A stretch of 64,000 nucleotides of DNA. Origin: Lytechinus pictus. Its lineage: Eukaryota. Shown here piece after piece: positions 1-15,000 of the stretch. Positions within the stretch are counted from its first letter, which is position 1, and every line of letters starts with the position of its first letter. The stretch spans positions 11,968,001 to 12,032,000 of the forward strand of contig NC_087251.1 of NCBI RefSeq assembly GCF_037042905.1. The letters are read 5' to 3'. A program made the position numbers and the translations under genes. The notes below the pieces were generated by a model, which saw only the letters and a program-made list of their open reading frames with translations, made no database searches and had not been told where the DNA came from.

Positions 1-19
1 AATGACTTGGTCACAACAC
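1..19 (-). CDS. XPO5: XPO5 exon start (VVTKS...), truncated by the window edge
   Basis: Follows the AC acceptor in frame. Confidence 0.8.
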
Positions 20-3000
20 GTAAGAAAGGAGCAATGGTTAAGGAATATAGATTCCAAAATATGAATATAGGTTTCAAAATATGAACATACTTTCAGAATA
101 GGAATACTCTTTCATAGGTGAAAATATTTTCAAAATAGGAATATAGATCCAAAATATAAATACATTTTTAGAATAGGAGCATCCTTCCAAAATATGAGTA
201 AGGTTCCAAACCAGGAAAACGATCCTAAAATATGAATAGAATATTCCAAAATAGGAATACAGCAATAATTTGATAAACAGTATACTACATTTCAGAGCTC
301 TATACATAATGATATAAGTACTCAAATGTCAAGAAAGGATATGAATGATATGCCTGAGCCTATAGTCCGGTAAATGATGGAGGTTGGTGAAAATAGATTC
401 TAGAAGTTGACTGGACAGACCATCAGCTGTAAAGAACTCATAACCAAGACTCTGGAAACAGTCTGAGAATAGGTGACATCTAAGGTACATACAAAGAGAA
501 AACATTTTTTTTTTCAATTTTAATTCTGGACCCATATTAACATAGAATGATTCCTGGACTATAACAGCAAATAATTCTAGCATACTATAAAAAAACCTTT
601 CCTTTTTCATAATAAGTGTGCATCATATCATTAATTGATAAAGGTCAGTTCCTTGGAGTAAATAACCATATTTTGATGAAAGTCTCTCTTTCTATTAATA
701 AATCTCCCCAAAGTGTTGATCACTATTCCAGTTTATGACTATATTATATGAAAGTGCATGTTCTCAAACTGTTGTGGTGAATAGAATAGGAAATGAAAAT
801 GTGTTTTCATGGACATATTTTACAACTTTGTAAGAAAATCACTCTGGTCAGGATTCTGAAAGAGAGAGAAAATTAAATACCCTCAATTGTAAATTCCAAA
901 ATTCAAATTTCATCAAAGAATCGGCATATGAACAAATATTAATGGGTCACTACACTTCTTAAACATTAAAAAATCAAATGATATTCTAATATTATTCCCA
1001 TTTTTCATCTTTTACCAAAGCTTTAGACAGGCTTTCATGGACAACTACATATACATAAAAATAACCACAACCAAATGCACAGTGGGTTTAAGTTAATCCT
1101 AGGCCTTGCTTTAAAAAGAGTTGATATCAAAATCGATTTCAACTACCCAGATTAAGCTTTAATTGTGAAAAAAATATAAATTTGCTATTAATTTGGATCA
1201 ATATCATGAAAAGATGGAGCCATGACTCTAAACTTACGTAGTTTCATAGATGACAGTGAGGAAGATTTGAACTTTCTCAACAACAGGTTTGTTTGCAGGG
1301 ATCTCAGTACTGTTACCTAATAAACCTGATAAACAATAAGCATAAAGAGAGAATACTGGTTTTGAAACAAGTGACAAAATAATCATGATGTTCTTTAATA
1401 TACACAGGCTAGCCACAGAAGCTTTTATAATTTCAGATTAATTCTGAAATATTGCAATTAAATTCCAAGTTTTGTGTTTTACAATGCATCAACATAGACA
1501 CTGCATTTATCAGAACTCTGTAGCAATCAAACTCAACTCTAAAAATCAAATCCAACTTTATTTTCAACCAATTAAAAACATGCATTTCGGACAGATGCTT
1601 GATTTTTTTAAGTTGTTTTAATAACGCAAGTCTTTCTGCAACAGGCCTCTGATCATTCTAATGGAATGCTCTATACCACATACATGTATGAATCAATGAG
1701 CCTATATGCAAGATATCATGTGTGCAGTGGCATTTAAGCCTTGTTCGAATGATATAAAACTGTGTACTGATGAGCAGGAAGATTACAGATGGATCGAGAA
1801 CTAATATCGCTTAATAATATCGACCTGATGAATAACATATCACAAAAACATAGCAAGTCTTAATTTTACGTTATCATAATAATATAATAATAACCCTCTT
1901 TGACACAGTGTAAGCATACACCCTGCCTCACCTAAGATTGTATTCCTCTCATTTTCAGTCATGTTGAATGATCTAGTATACTCTGGACACACCTTAGCTC
2001 TGCACTCAGGAGACCACATAGCATTCAACGTTCTGTCAAATGAGAAATCAAGGGAGTGATTTTAAAACTCTTAACATGCTGCTGTCACCAACTGACACCA
2101 AAAAATACAAATAAATCCCGAAGCACTGCAATTTACCTGGTACATTGTAAGGGAACAACTTTCCATAAAGTAAAAGGAACCTCGTAAGTCTTTAACCCTA
2201 AAAAGACTGGGACGCCTAGGAAGACGGGGGGGGGGGGGGGGGGAGCTCATCTTAGGAGTCAATCGCGACAAAAATTGGCATGCGCGGTACATGGCATAGT
2301 CTACTAAACTATGAGATCGAAATCTGTAAAAATTCTCATTGCTGATTAATTATTCTAATTCATGTGTAAAATCAAAAGTTTGCTCTAATTAACTAATTAA
2401 TGCCCCTAAAATGCTAATTTTGGGTTCACAGACTCTTCATAGGCATGTGATCAAATGCATTTTAAAAGTCAAGACCACCCCAGAAAATGTTATTTGAATA
2501 AATAAAGAAAAATCAAACTAGCATAACGCTGAAAATTTCATCAAAATCGGATGTAAAATAAGAAAGTTATGACATTTTAAAGTTTCGCTTATTTTTCACA
2601 AAACAGTGATATGCACAACTCAGTGACATGCAAATGAGACAGACGATGATGTCCTTCACTCACAATTTCTTTTGTTTTTTATTGTTTGAATTATACAATA
2701 TTTCATTTTTTACAGATTTGACAATAAGGACCAACTTGACTGAACCATATCGTATTAAACAATGGTAATTCCACATGTTAAGGGAGGAATTATTTGTTGT
2801 TTAACTTGACAATGATGAGAAAATTAGAATATTTCATATTTCATGTGATAAAATACAAAAGAAATAGTGAGTGGATGATGTCATCAGTCTCCTCATTTGC
2901 ATACCGACAAGGATGTGCATATAACTGTTTTGTGAAATTTTCAGTGTTATGCTTGTTAGATTTTTCTCTTTTTATTAAAATCAACTTTTTGTTGGGGTGG

Positions 3001-6000
3001 ACTTGTCCTTTAATAAAAATCAACATCACATTTACTTTCTTATGTATTTCTTTGTTTTTCAACTTTGTGTTTTTTATTGTTTTTCAATGGAAATTGTCAG
3101 GGACTTTATTTGGACCTTTGATGAAATTGATTGATTTTAATCAGTAAGAGGAAAAATTATGATATAGTTGTGAATTTTGGCTAAAAACACCATTTGCATT
3201 GGATTGGTACACAAATTCATGTTTTTGAGCTATTTTGGGTCTGCATGCACTTACAAAATGTTGCAAAATTTTGGAACTGCATACCTGGGGGTCGCAATTT
3301 TTGTCTCAAAACTGAGTTACGTGAAATATGAAAGTTAAAAAGTCAGCGAGTGACGCAGTGCAGTAAAAACTAGCACATTAATGATGTGGAGCTCATCCGG
3401 CATCTCGCAACGAAATTTAACACAATTTTAATTTCAGCCCAGTTGACACTGTAGTGAATTATATTGGTGACATAAATTGAGGATATAGAATTGAAATTGA
3501 TGAAGAAATGACATAGAAGCATTTTTTGTGATCTATGAATAAATTTCATATAAATTAAGCATAAGTAATTTTCTAGTCAAAATTTCTAAACTCTGTGTAG
3601 AACCTTGGTGAACCTCATGTAGCTCTCAGATGGAACAAAAATAAAGAAGTGGAATTTTCTGTGATTTATGAATACATTTTGCATAAATTGGTATAAATAA
3701 TTTTCTACTGAAAATTTTCAAAATTCTATGCAGAAGTTTGGTGAACCTCATGAAGTTCTACCAGATGGAAGAAAAAAAAAATCAAAATCGGTAAATATGC
3801 ATAAATTAGCATATTTTATGAGTTTCAAAATTCTGTGTAGAAGTTTTGAATCCCCCACCTAATGCTATCATATAGAGCAAACAGAATTGAAATCAGACTT
3901 GAAATGATGAAGAAGAAGCATTTTAAAATTCAGTCAACAAATAAAGAGGCATTTTCTGTGATTTATGAATTTTGCATAAATTAGCATAAATAATTTTCTA
4001 CTCCAAATTTAAAAATTCTGTGTAGAAGTTTGGTGAACCTCATGAAGCTCTACCAGATGGAAGAAAAAAAATCAAAATCGGTCAACAAATAAAGAAGAAG
4101 CATTTTATGTGAATTTTTAAAAATATGAATAAATTAATTTCGCATAAATTAGCATAAAAATTGTTATAGTCGAAATTTCAAAATTCTGTGTAGAAGTTTG
4201 GTGAACCTCATCAAGCTCTACCAGATGGAAGCAAAAAATTCAAAATCGGTCAATAAATAAAGAAGCATTTTTTGTGAATTTTGAAAAATGCGCATAAATT
4301 AGCATATTTAATGAGTTTCAAAATTCTGTGTAGATGTTTTGAATCCCCCACCTAGTGCTATCATATAAAGCAAACAGAATTGAAATCTGACTTGAAATGG
4401 CGAAGAAGAAGCATTTTGAAATTGTGGACGGACGACAGACGGCGGACGCCACGCCGCGGCATAAGTTCATCTGGCCCTTCGAGCCGGATGAGCTAAAAAA
4501 AAAATTTGCAGCGGGGGGGTAAAGGGTAAAGTTATTAGATGATATACTATAAATATTTCATGATTATTAATTTAATTGTTGGATGAGAGAGTTGGTGAAG
4601 TAGTAGACTATCAGTTTCGGGGATGTTTGTCTTGGAGATATCATAGTTGGTAGGACATAAAGACAAGGGCATTTGTTTTCAGGTGTAGTCATCAGGTGTA
4701 TTTACCGCTGAAGTAAATTGTGAGGTCACTTAAAGACAGTGAATCTATCGTCAGGGAATTTTTCATTGCAGTATATGATATATGAACAATATGAAGGGAA
4801 TAGAGAGATAAACCTTCACTTTATTCACTAGACGAAATGTTATAAAATAGATATTGAAAGATCATCCTTACCTGGCAAGAGTGAATAAATTTGGCAAGAT
4901 AGGTAAGATGTGAGGGGTACTAGGGTTCTTGTAGATTGGTGCACCACTTGGTAGATGACCACTGATAAACCCACAAGCTTTAGCAACCTAGAAAGACAAA
5001 GAACAATGGGAACTGAGTGGTAATACCTCAAGAGGTTGGAGCCCTGGTCATGTTTTTCAGATGGTGACATGAAAGGTCGATCCCAGACGTAAATAATCAT
5101 GTCAGATTGATACCTGTCTGTATAAACTCAATCAAACATACACACAAACATATAAAAAGCTGATTCACAGAACACAGGAATATGGGAATGTACATTGTGC
5201 CTCGAAAAGAAATTGCATGTTCACATCACTGAGAACAAAGGTTTTGAGTCATCAAAGTAACAGATCAACATCACTGAAAACAAAGGCCTTCAGCACTGCA
5301 AAGGCACAAATCAACATCACTGAACCAATGATTTTGACAATATAATAACGTCATTTGGGGAAACAGATCCGCAGTGCAGCCTTCCATGAGAAAAAGTCTC
5401 CATTGATATCTGTTCACACATGTTTTGCATAATTGACTTATGTAAAATTATTGCAAATAATATTCATAACTTGCCCTTTAACCAACGAGGCTGAAAAGTT
5501 GGGTGGATATTCATACAGCAGCTCGCAAGTTATGAATGACATTACAAATGATTGGTGAAAATTTCTTAGGAACTAAATCAACACCTATGAAAAACTGGTG
5601 TATATCAGTCAACAAAATAAAGGGTTACCAGTCATTCTTAAAGTTGCATGTAACTTACAAACCATTTTATGAAAACTCACCTGGTTTTAATGTATAGATG
5701 ATAATTAATAAAGGCATGATTTACTACTACTATCATCATTATTATTAAGATCATTAACATTAACAAATTCAGAATTCACAAATGGAAAATGTAAAAGAAA
5801 GAAATGGGTACACAGTGTACATTTATTTGAGACTACATTCAATAAATTTCATTAAAAATATCATAAACCTCCTCCGCATTAATTCTACCACCATGCAAAC
5901 CTTCAATGAACATCAAACAGTCTTTTTGTGATTACATGTTTTGAGCTACAAGCGGAAGTACGGAACTATAATGATTGACCTCTGACCTGTGGGTCTGATG

Positions 6001-9000
6001 GCCAGCAGCACCTCTTGACAACAGCTTGGCTGGTAGAGATACAGTTGAAGATCTGAGCACGATTCTTGTTGTAGACATCCTCCTGGTTTGGCTGAGCAGT
6101 GCTAGGATGATCTAAACCAATGTTGTGGATGAAAGACTCTGGAGATTGAATCATCCTAGTCACACACAAAAAAAGAAATATAAACAAGATCAAGGTAGAT
6201 TTTACACTTGGAATTCCATTTCTATTAGAAAAGGACGTCAACAACGTTTCCTGTCTGAGATATACAAGAACATTACAAGGCCTGACAAATATCTGGATTT
6301 TAAGAAAAAAAAATCTTCAACTTGATGCTGAAGCTCAAAAGGGATGGAAAAGGATTTATCAAGAACAAGACAAATGTATGTAAGGAGTTCATGACCAACA
6401 TTTCAGAGTCAAATGATGTTGATGTGGGTACTACATTGGGCCTTCAGAACAAAGTGTTCATAGACATTCTGATTTTGGCCAGAGAGGACAAGAATCTGTC
6501 CACAAAGTGACACCAAACGATTATCTCTTCTACACTGATGAGAATGATATTTGATACTCTGAAAGGTGTGACACTGAAAGTCGAAAAGAGAAAATGCCGA
6601 CAAAGTAAATGGCGGCTGCATGTACAAGATTAAATCTCTTCTGAAAGCCCATTAGATCTGCTTAAATACAAGATCCTGGATGATTTTGGCTGCGAGCAAC
6701 ATCTAAAACTCCAGAAGAAGGATCACTGTGCAAGATAACAGGAAAAATCTGAAAATTTGTGTACAAAACAAATGGAGAGTTGTCCTCAAAATCAGCTATT
6801 TTGAAGCATGTTTGCCAATTTTAGAATCCCAATAAAAATACAAGACTTTTCAAACTTCCAAAACTCTCTTATTTTACAACTGAATTTTGATGAAATTTGT
6901 TTTACATTGCTTCTCTTCTTCTACTCTTCACAATAAGATTGATTTTCTCCTTAGGTAATGGCTTCCTTTCATGAATAAAAGCTACCTAACTCTATAAAAA
7001 ATAATTCAAATCAACATAACTTAACATAATTGTCTCCTCTGGCTCTGTAATTTCAGATTGACCTACTCTGTGATATGAGGTGACAGCCAGACTTCTGTGA
7101 TGGGTTGCATGATCTCAGCAATGAGGGCACTCTGACGATTCCAGTCATGGAGTCCATTATTAATGAGTATCAGAGCCTCGCTGAGCGTCACCCTCTCGAG
7201 CTGGGTCAGTTGTTCGGGATCAGAGCTTAATGTCTGAACTTGGGTGTAGATCTTCTCAAAATGGGGCTGCAAAAAGAAGGTGTGTAGAGGAAATGTGAAT
7301 TAATAGGTCCAAATATGATGACACTGAGGATGATCATAATAAGAGTAATGATAATCATGGTGATAATGGAGAGAGGAGGAAAATTATAAAAACACTATAA
7401 TAATAATAATGCTATATTTTACCCAGGCTAGCCACTTAAGTTCCAAAAAAATGTTCTCCCAATATGATAATGTTACTATTACCCAGGCTGGCTTTAGCAC
7501 GGGTACCTTGATCAGGTGCTCGAGCACTGGTCAATAACATTGATAATAATGAAGATGATTACAATATCGGTAATGATTACAAGGAGAAAATGTATAGTCA
7601 TAAATATGATTATGATTTTAATTATGGGAATGATGATGACACAAAATGACAAAAGTGATTATCTGTCTCTTCCCCTCAAACTCAAGACTGCCTCTGGTAA
7701 TTCATGGCAGTTTATGGGCCACCTCTAATTGATCAAGAGCACATCACAAATCATGAACATCATTTTCTCTGACTCCATTTGGGATAAGTCATGCATAAAT
7801 CATAGCATACAGTCATTTCAACAAAAGGCAAAGGAAAGAGAACAAAAGTATTAAAAAAAAAAGGACCAAACCAATAAGGGGAGGGGGGTGATAACTAAAG
7901 CCCTTGCAACCAATTGGCTGGGAGTTAATTTGTCAATCATATTAAACAAAACAAACACACACACACAAACAAAAAACATAGAACACACCTCACAACTGAA
8001 ATTAAAATGATATGAAGTAGAAGTGGAATAGCAAATGAGTAGGTACATTTGCATGTAAAATCTTAAAACATTTAATAACAAACTTTTAAATTAACTAGAA
8101 TGCAAAGATTCTCAAATGAGAACAGAATATTGCTTAACATAAAAGAAATGTTTGAGGGTTCGGAGGCCAGTGTATGTTTGGTAACATTGAAGTCACTTCA
8201 TAACACTGGTACTATGTACCTCTGTATTATTCTATGGCTAGGTGAGGTGTACAGAGGCAGTGTAACAAACCAACAAAACGTTGGATGTCACACTGCACAA
8301 CAAGGATAGATCCTAGAATGTTTCCTCAAGCCAAGTTAAACTGACACAATATGATTTGAACAGATAAAGTAAGATCAGACAAACAGAATACTGAAAATGT
8401 CATTAAATTTGGACAAGGTAAAACAAAGTTATGACATTTCTAAGTTTTATTGCATTATTTCAGTGAAACAGTTTTATGCATGTCTTTATGAACAAGCGAT
8501 GAGTAAGCTAATGTTGTATTCCCATGTATTCTTTTACTTTTATTATATAAACTTATATAATTTATTAAAACTTTGTCCATCAAGAATTAAAATAATTAGA
8601 TTAAAAATGATAATTGCTGCAATTTATTTCATTACAAAGGTCACATATCATACGCACATGTATGAAAATATGAAATAATTATGATTTCATGTAATTCCAT
8701 AAGAAAATAAAAATGGGGACATGACAACATCAGTCTTTCTATTGAATATTCATGATGTTGTGCATTTCTACAAAAGTACTGGCAAACTTTAGAATTCAAT
8801 AACATTGTCATTTGTAATAAGATTTTGATGAAATTTTCAGCATTTTGCTGGGTGAACTTTACTCACTGTACAGTATTTACATAATTATTTTGAGCCCAGA
8901 GTAACCCTTTAAATATCAAATAGATTCTGAATGAAAGCATGTACTTCTGTATTAGTCTATTTTTGAGCTGAATGCTTGATAGCAAAATCACATGAAATAT

Positions 9001-12000
9001 AAGCATAGGGAGAAAATGTATACTAAAGCTTCATAGTATTTCCAATATTGTACGACCCATTGCTTGTGAAATTGAGCAGATTAACTTTCACTAATCATAG
9101 AACTCCCTTGATTTTACAATCATGTACAAGAGAGAAAATATGATTTCTATTAATTTGAGAAGTGGAAGCTGTTCTAAAAGCTCTGTACCATCTGGGCTAA
9201 AAGAAATTGAAACTGAGCAAGTCCCAATCACACAAGATTCAATGGTTTATATAAAAGATTTTGTTTTTTCTATGCCTTGTAGAAGATTGAGGAAAGCTTC
9301 ACATACCAGCATGAGTGTCTGATGATCTCTACACATCTTAACCATGGCTGAGCAGGCATGCCGTCTGACATTCTGTACGGATCGAGTCCTTGTCTTCTGA
9401 GAACAGAGCAAAAACAAATACAGTATTAGCCCCCTAGAAATAATCTACTTGATAGTAAAATAATAACAGCTGAAAAGAGATTTTAAGTTCAGGTAGTGCA
9501 TTGTGCAAAACTTTCAAGATATTTGATTATTTGTAAGTAATTAATACACATTCAATACTTGAAAACCAGTCAGGCATGTATGGAAAAAATTATCCGATAG
9601 CTAAAAACAAACTACGTTGAATAATATGAAAAAGTGTTAGGTTAGTTTTATTAACTTGTTCATTCTATTATATTATCAATGGTTAGCACTGGGAAAACTA
9701 CGAGTACTGCAGTACTAGACTTGAAAAGAAAGGAGACTTTGAGTGCATAATACATACATGTACAATACCATTTGGATGTCTGATGGTAAGAACTGATTTC
9801 TTGATCATCATCTGCAGTCAAACCATTGAAAGTTATATCAAATCAAATCACTTTGAGACAGGTTCTATTAAATTCCATAGAGTAAGAATCTTGCTTAGGA
9901 TTGTTCAAATGTTATCATGTTATCAAGTGTAGTATCCCAATCAATCATCACTTGGTGCATGGAAATTCTATGTTCGAGCCATAATGCACGAGTATGAATG
10001 AAATAAAAAAAAGCATTATCAGTTTTTCATTCCAGTTTCTCCCATCCCATTCAGGGATTTCAGTCACAATAAAATTTGTTTGTTGTCACAATTACCTTCC
10101 TCAAGAAAATTTTAAATACTTAAATTAGCTGTTTAATTACGCTCGAGCAGGGAAACAAATGTTGACTCTTGTACATTTAAAAAAGTGGAGTGAATCTTTA
10201 TTTCATACTAAAATTCTTTCTTGCACATAAGTATAAAGATGATTCTTTGTCTAAAGGGTTTCAGATGTGATATATATAATAATAATAATGAACAATTCTT
10301 GTATATCACAGTATGACTATAATATCTCTATGTGCTTCCAAATGACATGGATATTAATACTCAGGCATTAGCTCAGCGGGTGTAATTACTTACAGTGCAC
10401 GCACATTTCAAAGAATCAATTCCTACCAGGTACCTATTTATCTCTTCTGGGTTGAGTGCAGCACAATGTGAATAAATTTCTTGCTAAAGGAAAGTACCCC
10501 ATGGCTGGGATTTGAACCCACAACCCTTCATTTCAGGTGACAAGATAAGAATTCCTTGGCATGCTGGATGTATACAATGTCTGTTCCTCAACTTTGCTTC
10601 AGAAAACTAGCTCTACATCCAGCTTACTTCAAAAGTGAGTTTGTCTATTCACCTTTATCAACCATGCTTAATACTCTTCATTATTCAACCTCATGACATG
10701 AACTTGCCTTTTTAAATAAAAAAAACACATAAAATACAAGTTTGCCAAGACTTCTGCCAAAAGACTTGTTTTTCACTTTTTTCTAACACCGTTATGCTTG
10801 TTTAATTTTTCTTTTTTATTAAAATCAACTTATTTCTGTGGGGATTTGCCCTTTAAAGTACTCCATATTCCTTGTTTTTATTTTCTCTTGCTGTTTGATA
10901 TAATCCATGCATGCTTCAAGTGATTGCATCCTGTATCATTCTTATACAAATAGCGAATAGGCATGAGTGCGATGGTGCAAGATTTTGCATGAGGTGAAAG
11001 AAAGACGCTCTATTCAACTCGGCTAACGCCTCGTTGAATAGAGCGTCTCTTTCTTTCACCGAATGCAAAATCTCGCACCATTGCACGAATAAGAATATTC
11101 GTTATTTGTGTTGTACAACGCCTCGGAAGTTAGCGAAAATATGTAAAAACAAGAGTTTTTCCCTGCAGTAATCTATGAAAAGGGAGCAAAAAAATGAAAG
11201 CGAAAAGCAAAATCCCACAAGCGCACATGACTTTGGGCAGCAATGCGCATTGAGCCAGCAGGCTTATACGCGTATCGCACCTTCATTTTACTGAGCGCAA
11301 TGAATTAAATCGTATTGTGACGTCACCTCCTAAAGCCGTGCAACGGTACATTTTGGACGGTACACTTTGGATGGTACGTCTAAGCAGGCGTTGTACAATG
11401 TAGGCTATTAGGCTATCATGTGTCATGTAACTTCTGAAGGTTTCAAAAGCATAGAAGAGTGTAGTGGTTTCATTGTACATCATGTATTCTTTCCTGGGCA
11501 TACAATACATGTATGTTGGTCCTGTAAAGTGCCCCTGAAAAACGGGCACATGGTCCTTTTCAGGACCAAAATCATGCCCACAAAAGAATAAATGGTGTAC
11601 AATGAAACCACTAGACTCTAGACTGTAATGCTGGTGGAAAGAGGGCTAAATAAATATGTATAGGTATAATTCATTGTTAATGCACCTGTAATTCATGAAC
11701 ATTCAAAGTCAGGATTGTGTTTAATTGGATGACATTAAAATATTTATCAATTTATAAGCTGAATGAAGTGATCTTGCCAAGGTCAAAATTAAGTTCAGTT
11801 ATCATATGACAAAACAAATCACCCATCAGGATAATCAAAAGAATAAAAAAAAAGAAATAGAAATGTGTAGACATGCTTCTCATGCGTGATTGTTACGTTT
11901 CGTTTCTTCAAATAATGGACTGGCTGGAGTCAATAAAAATAATATTGGAAAGCTGCCAGAACGGTATTGGAAGACTGCTAGTCTTGCATTCAAAGCTTAA

Positions 12001-15000
12001 TTTCATTATGCTCTGTCATGTATGTACATGTAAATGTAGATGTAAGTATGTGACTTGTGTAACAGAAGTTTGGCTGGGTCTTTCAGCAAGATCACACTCA
12101 CTGTCTTTACCCTCCCATTAAACATATATACAAAATAATGGGGAATAGTGATGAAAACCTGGCTGTGTCAGAAGCCAGTAAAACAAATGGCAGATGCTTT
12201 CAGATAGACATGCATGATCACCAAAATACCTGTAAATTTATGATTTGTGCACTTACTTATAGTTATTTTTTTAAATTTAATACTATTTTCTTTCCAGGGG
12301 AATCATAGGTGTGAGCTGATTTAGATATCTTGTATATTTCCCATGGATATTTAGTCCTCACTCTACATCTTAGGTGTCTTGCTTGATAGTGAAAGGGGAT
12401 ACAATTTCAAATCAAAAGAATTTACCATTGAATTTGTCTCCTTACCAAGACTATAGGCTCAAAGGGAAATGAGGGGATCCCCCAACATCTTTACGATAAC
12501 AATAGTCTTTAATTTGAAGCCTCAATTTGAAGTCTGCTTCTTAGGAGATTGGGCTAATATTATTTTTTTTTCTATATGAACTGATATATATGAACTGAGT
12601 TTCAATAAAAATAATTTCTGTAACGGGAGGTATGTTTTGTCTTGGAGGCTTATAATGGAGGTTTACCTCCACTGATCAGCTGGCAGCTTTGGCAAGAATG
12701 TTCAAATGTTCTCCTTTTAATTGATCACATTGCACCATCATGTACAAACTAGTCTTAGTTTGAAGTTTGACTTCTAAGGTTCTATTTTTTGTATAGTAAG
12801 GATGGATCTTTCCTTTCAAATATTTAGGCCTAATGATTTCCTATCTGTTGATCCCAACTCCTCTATATACACCTCACATTTTGTGAGATTTTAAACTAGA
12901 AAGTGAGAAAAAAGTAAAATGAATAATGCTGCACATGCGTCTTTCAAGGTCTCTGGGTATATACTACTATTCATTCACACCCACTTGGTTGGTAAATAAA
13001 AGGGGTGGAGTTTCAAATGCATAAGACCACAAAGATAGTCTTAATATAAGTTTTTGATTGCAGTTTGTCACATTTTAAAATTAATTTCAGGTCATAAAGA
13101 TGGAGTTAATTCAGACTTCTCATATCTTTTCCATCAATGCTCTCTCCTCCATGTATTTCTCTGGTTTTACTGTAAACAGAGGATTATCAAATGGATATAC
13201 CTGCACCATGTGCAATTCAAGTGGTCTCTGCATCAAGACTAAATGGAAAAATAATTGGTATACCAAAATCATTTTGTCAGCATGCGTGCACACCGTGCAC
13301 ACGATGTGAACAAGTAAAACTTTAGTCTTAATTTGAGGTCTCATATCTAATATGATATTATGAAGTTGTATATTTACTTTAAGATCATTTAGTGAAAAAA
13401 ATAATGGACACTGCATACATTTTCCACACTTCATCCACGTATGTCTCTGGTCTCTCTGTATTGGTGAGGAAGGATTTAATTGACAAACCTGTACCATGTG
13501 TCTTTTAAGTGGTCTTTAGTCAAAACTAATTAAAAACATATGTGCCATGTTTTTGTCCGAGGTTTTGTGCCGGTACAGCTCCACTGCAGAGAATACTGAT
13601 GTCAATGAGATAAATCAAGTCAGGCTATAAACTTTGATTGTTAAAAAGACTTGATTGCTTTTGTGTTTCATCGAGATAAGTTCCATTTGCCATCAAAGCA
13701 CTCCTACTATTTCTACAGAATTACAATGTAGTTCTTGTATTGGCAGAGTGATCAATGTTTAAGAGATTGTGCCCAGAGCCACACAAGTCAATTCCATCAC
13801 CAAAACGTACAGAACATAACAATGTGAGTATGCTTGTCTCTCTTTTCATTCTTTTCATATGAAACATAAGATGCAAAAAATACAAGGTTTTTGTGCACTG
13901 AGTGTATATGGTAACACCCTCATTGGATTTTATTATTATGATCATATAAATATAGAGCCTAATAACAAGTAAGGCCTATAGAGAAAAAAATTGATTCACT
14001 GGGTTATGGTCATGTCAGGAAAAAAATGCAAACATCTTTTGTGAATTGCAAAATCTAAAAACAAATACTTATAATTATAACTAGCATTTAGTATGCACTC
14101 CATAGTCTAAACCAACAACTACATTATGGAAATATAGGTAGGCCTACAAAAGAGATACAGAAAAAAGGAAAATGAATAATAAGAGTATGTTTTAGGAGTT
14201 TAATAAATTGATCTGTAGATTTGATGCTTTAATATAAGGGGATTTAGATCAAGTTATAGTAAATGTGTGATCATAATTTTTTTACAAGTCTTGGAATACG
14301 CCTGTTGAACTTCCTCATATTTCTCTCAATTCACAATATTTTTAAAACCATTTTCTCCAGATTTGTTGCAGTGTATTTTCCTGTTAAGGAGATTTTTTTG
14401 ACACAAATACCTTTGAGGGCTGAATTGAGGAATTCACCAAGGAAACTAATTCTATGAGATTTTCTTCATTTGATAAAAGAGTAATACACGACAACTCTAT
14501 TGATACTTCAGTGCACATCATCTTCATGAGAGCGGCAGAGCTGCAACTGAACTTTGATCACATTATTTGAAATAAACTGAGTGACAGGTTGTCATCATTT
14601 TGAAGGTTGCATGTTGAACGTAAGAGTTTGAAAATAAGATTGTCTACTAGAATGCGGTATGGCTAACACAATCACTTGCCTCTTAATCCTATTTCTAAAT
14701 GGATACAAAGTCAAGGCACTGTCCATTATGCAAGGGCAGGAAGTCAACTTGGTTTTCCCTTACCCATGTAGCAGTACAGACGTCACATTACAATCAAATA
14801 GAGTCCCATTTTATAGATCTACATCTGGTTTATCACCTTCCTTGCCCCAAGATCAGGCCCGAAGATTCACTGTTCAGAATAGGATTGAAATTGGAACCTG
14901 CTCTCTGGAACTTACAATAAAAGATGTCACGAGAGGTGACAGAGGGACATACATTTTGTTTTCATATAAGGATGGTCTTAAAGATTTTTTTACTAAACAT

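Noticed and set aside
2192..4530. piggyBac-like TTAA-CCC element enclosing the 2466 MITE and 3368 HINE (similar left ends at ~40018 and ~45366)
   Set aside because: Right TIR and TTAA not cleanly identifiable, so boundaries are not called
6230..6760. Coding-like purine-rich stretch with short ORFs in an XPO5 intron
   Set aside because: No recognisable domain or consistent frame; possibly an ancient TE remnant but unsupported
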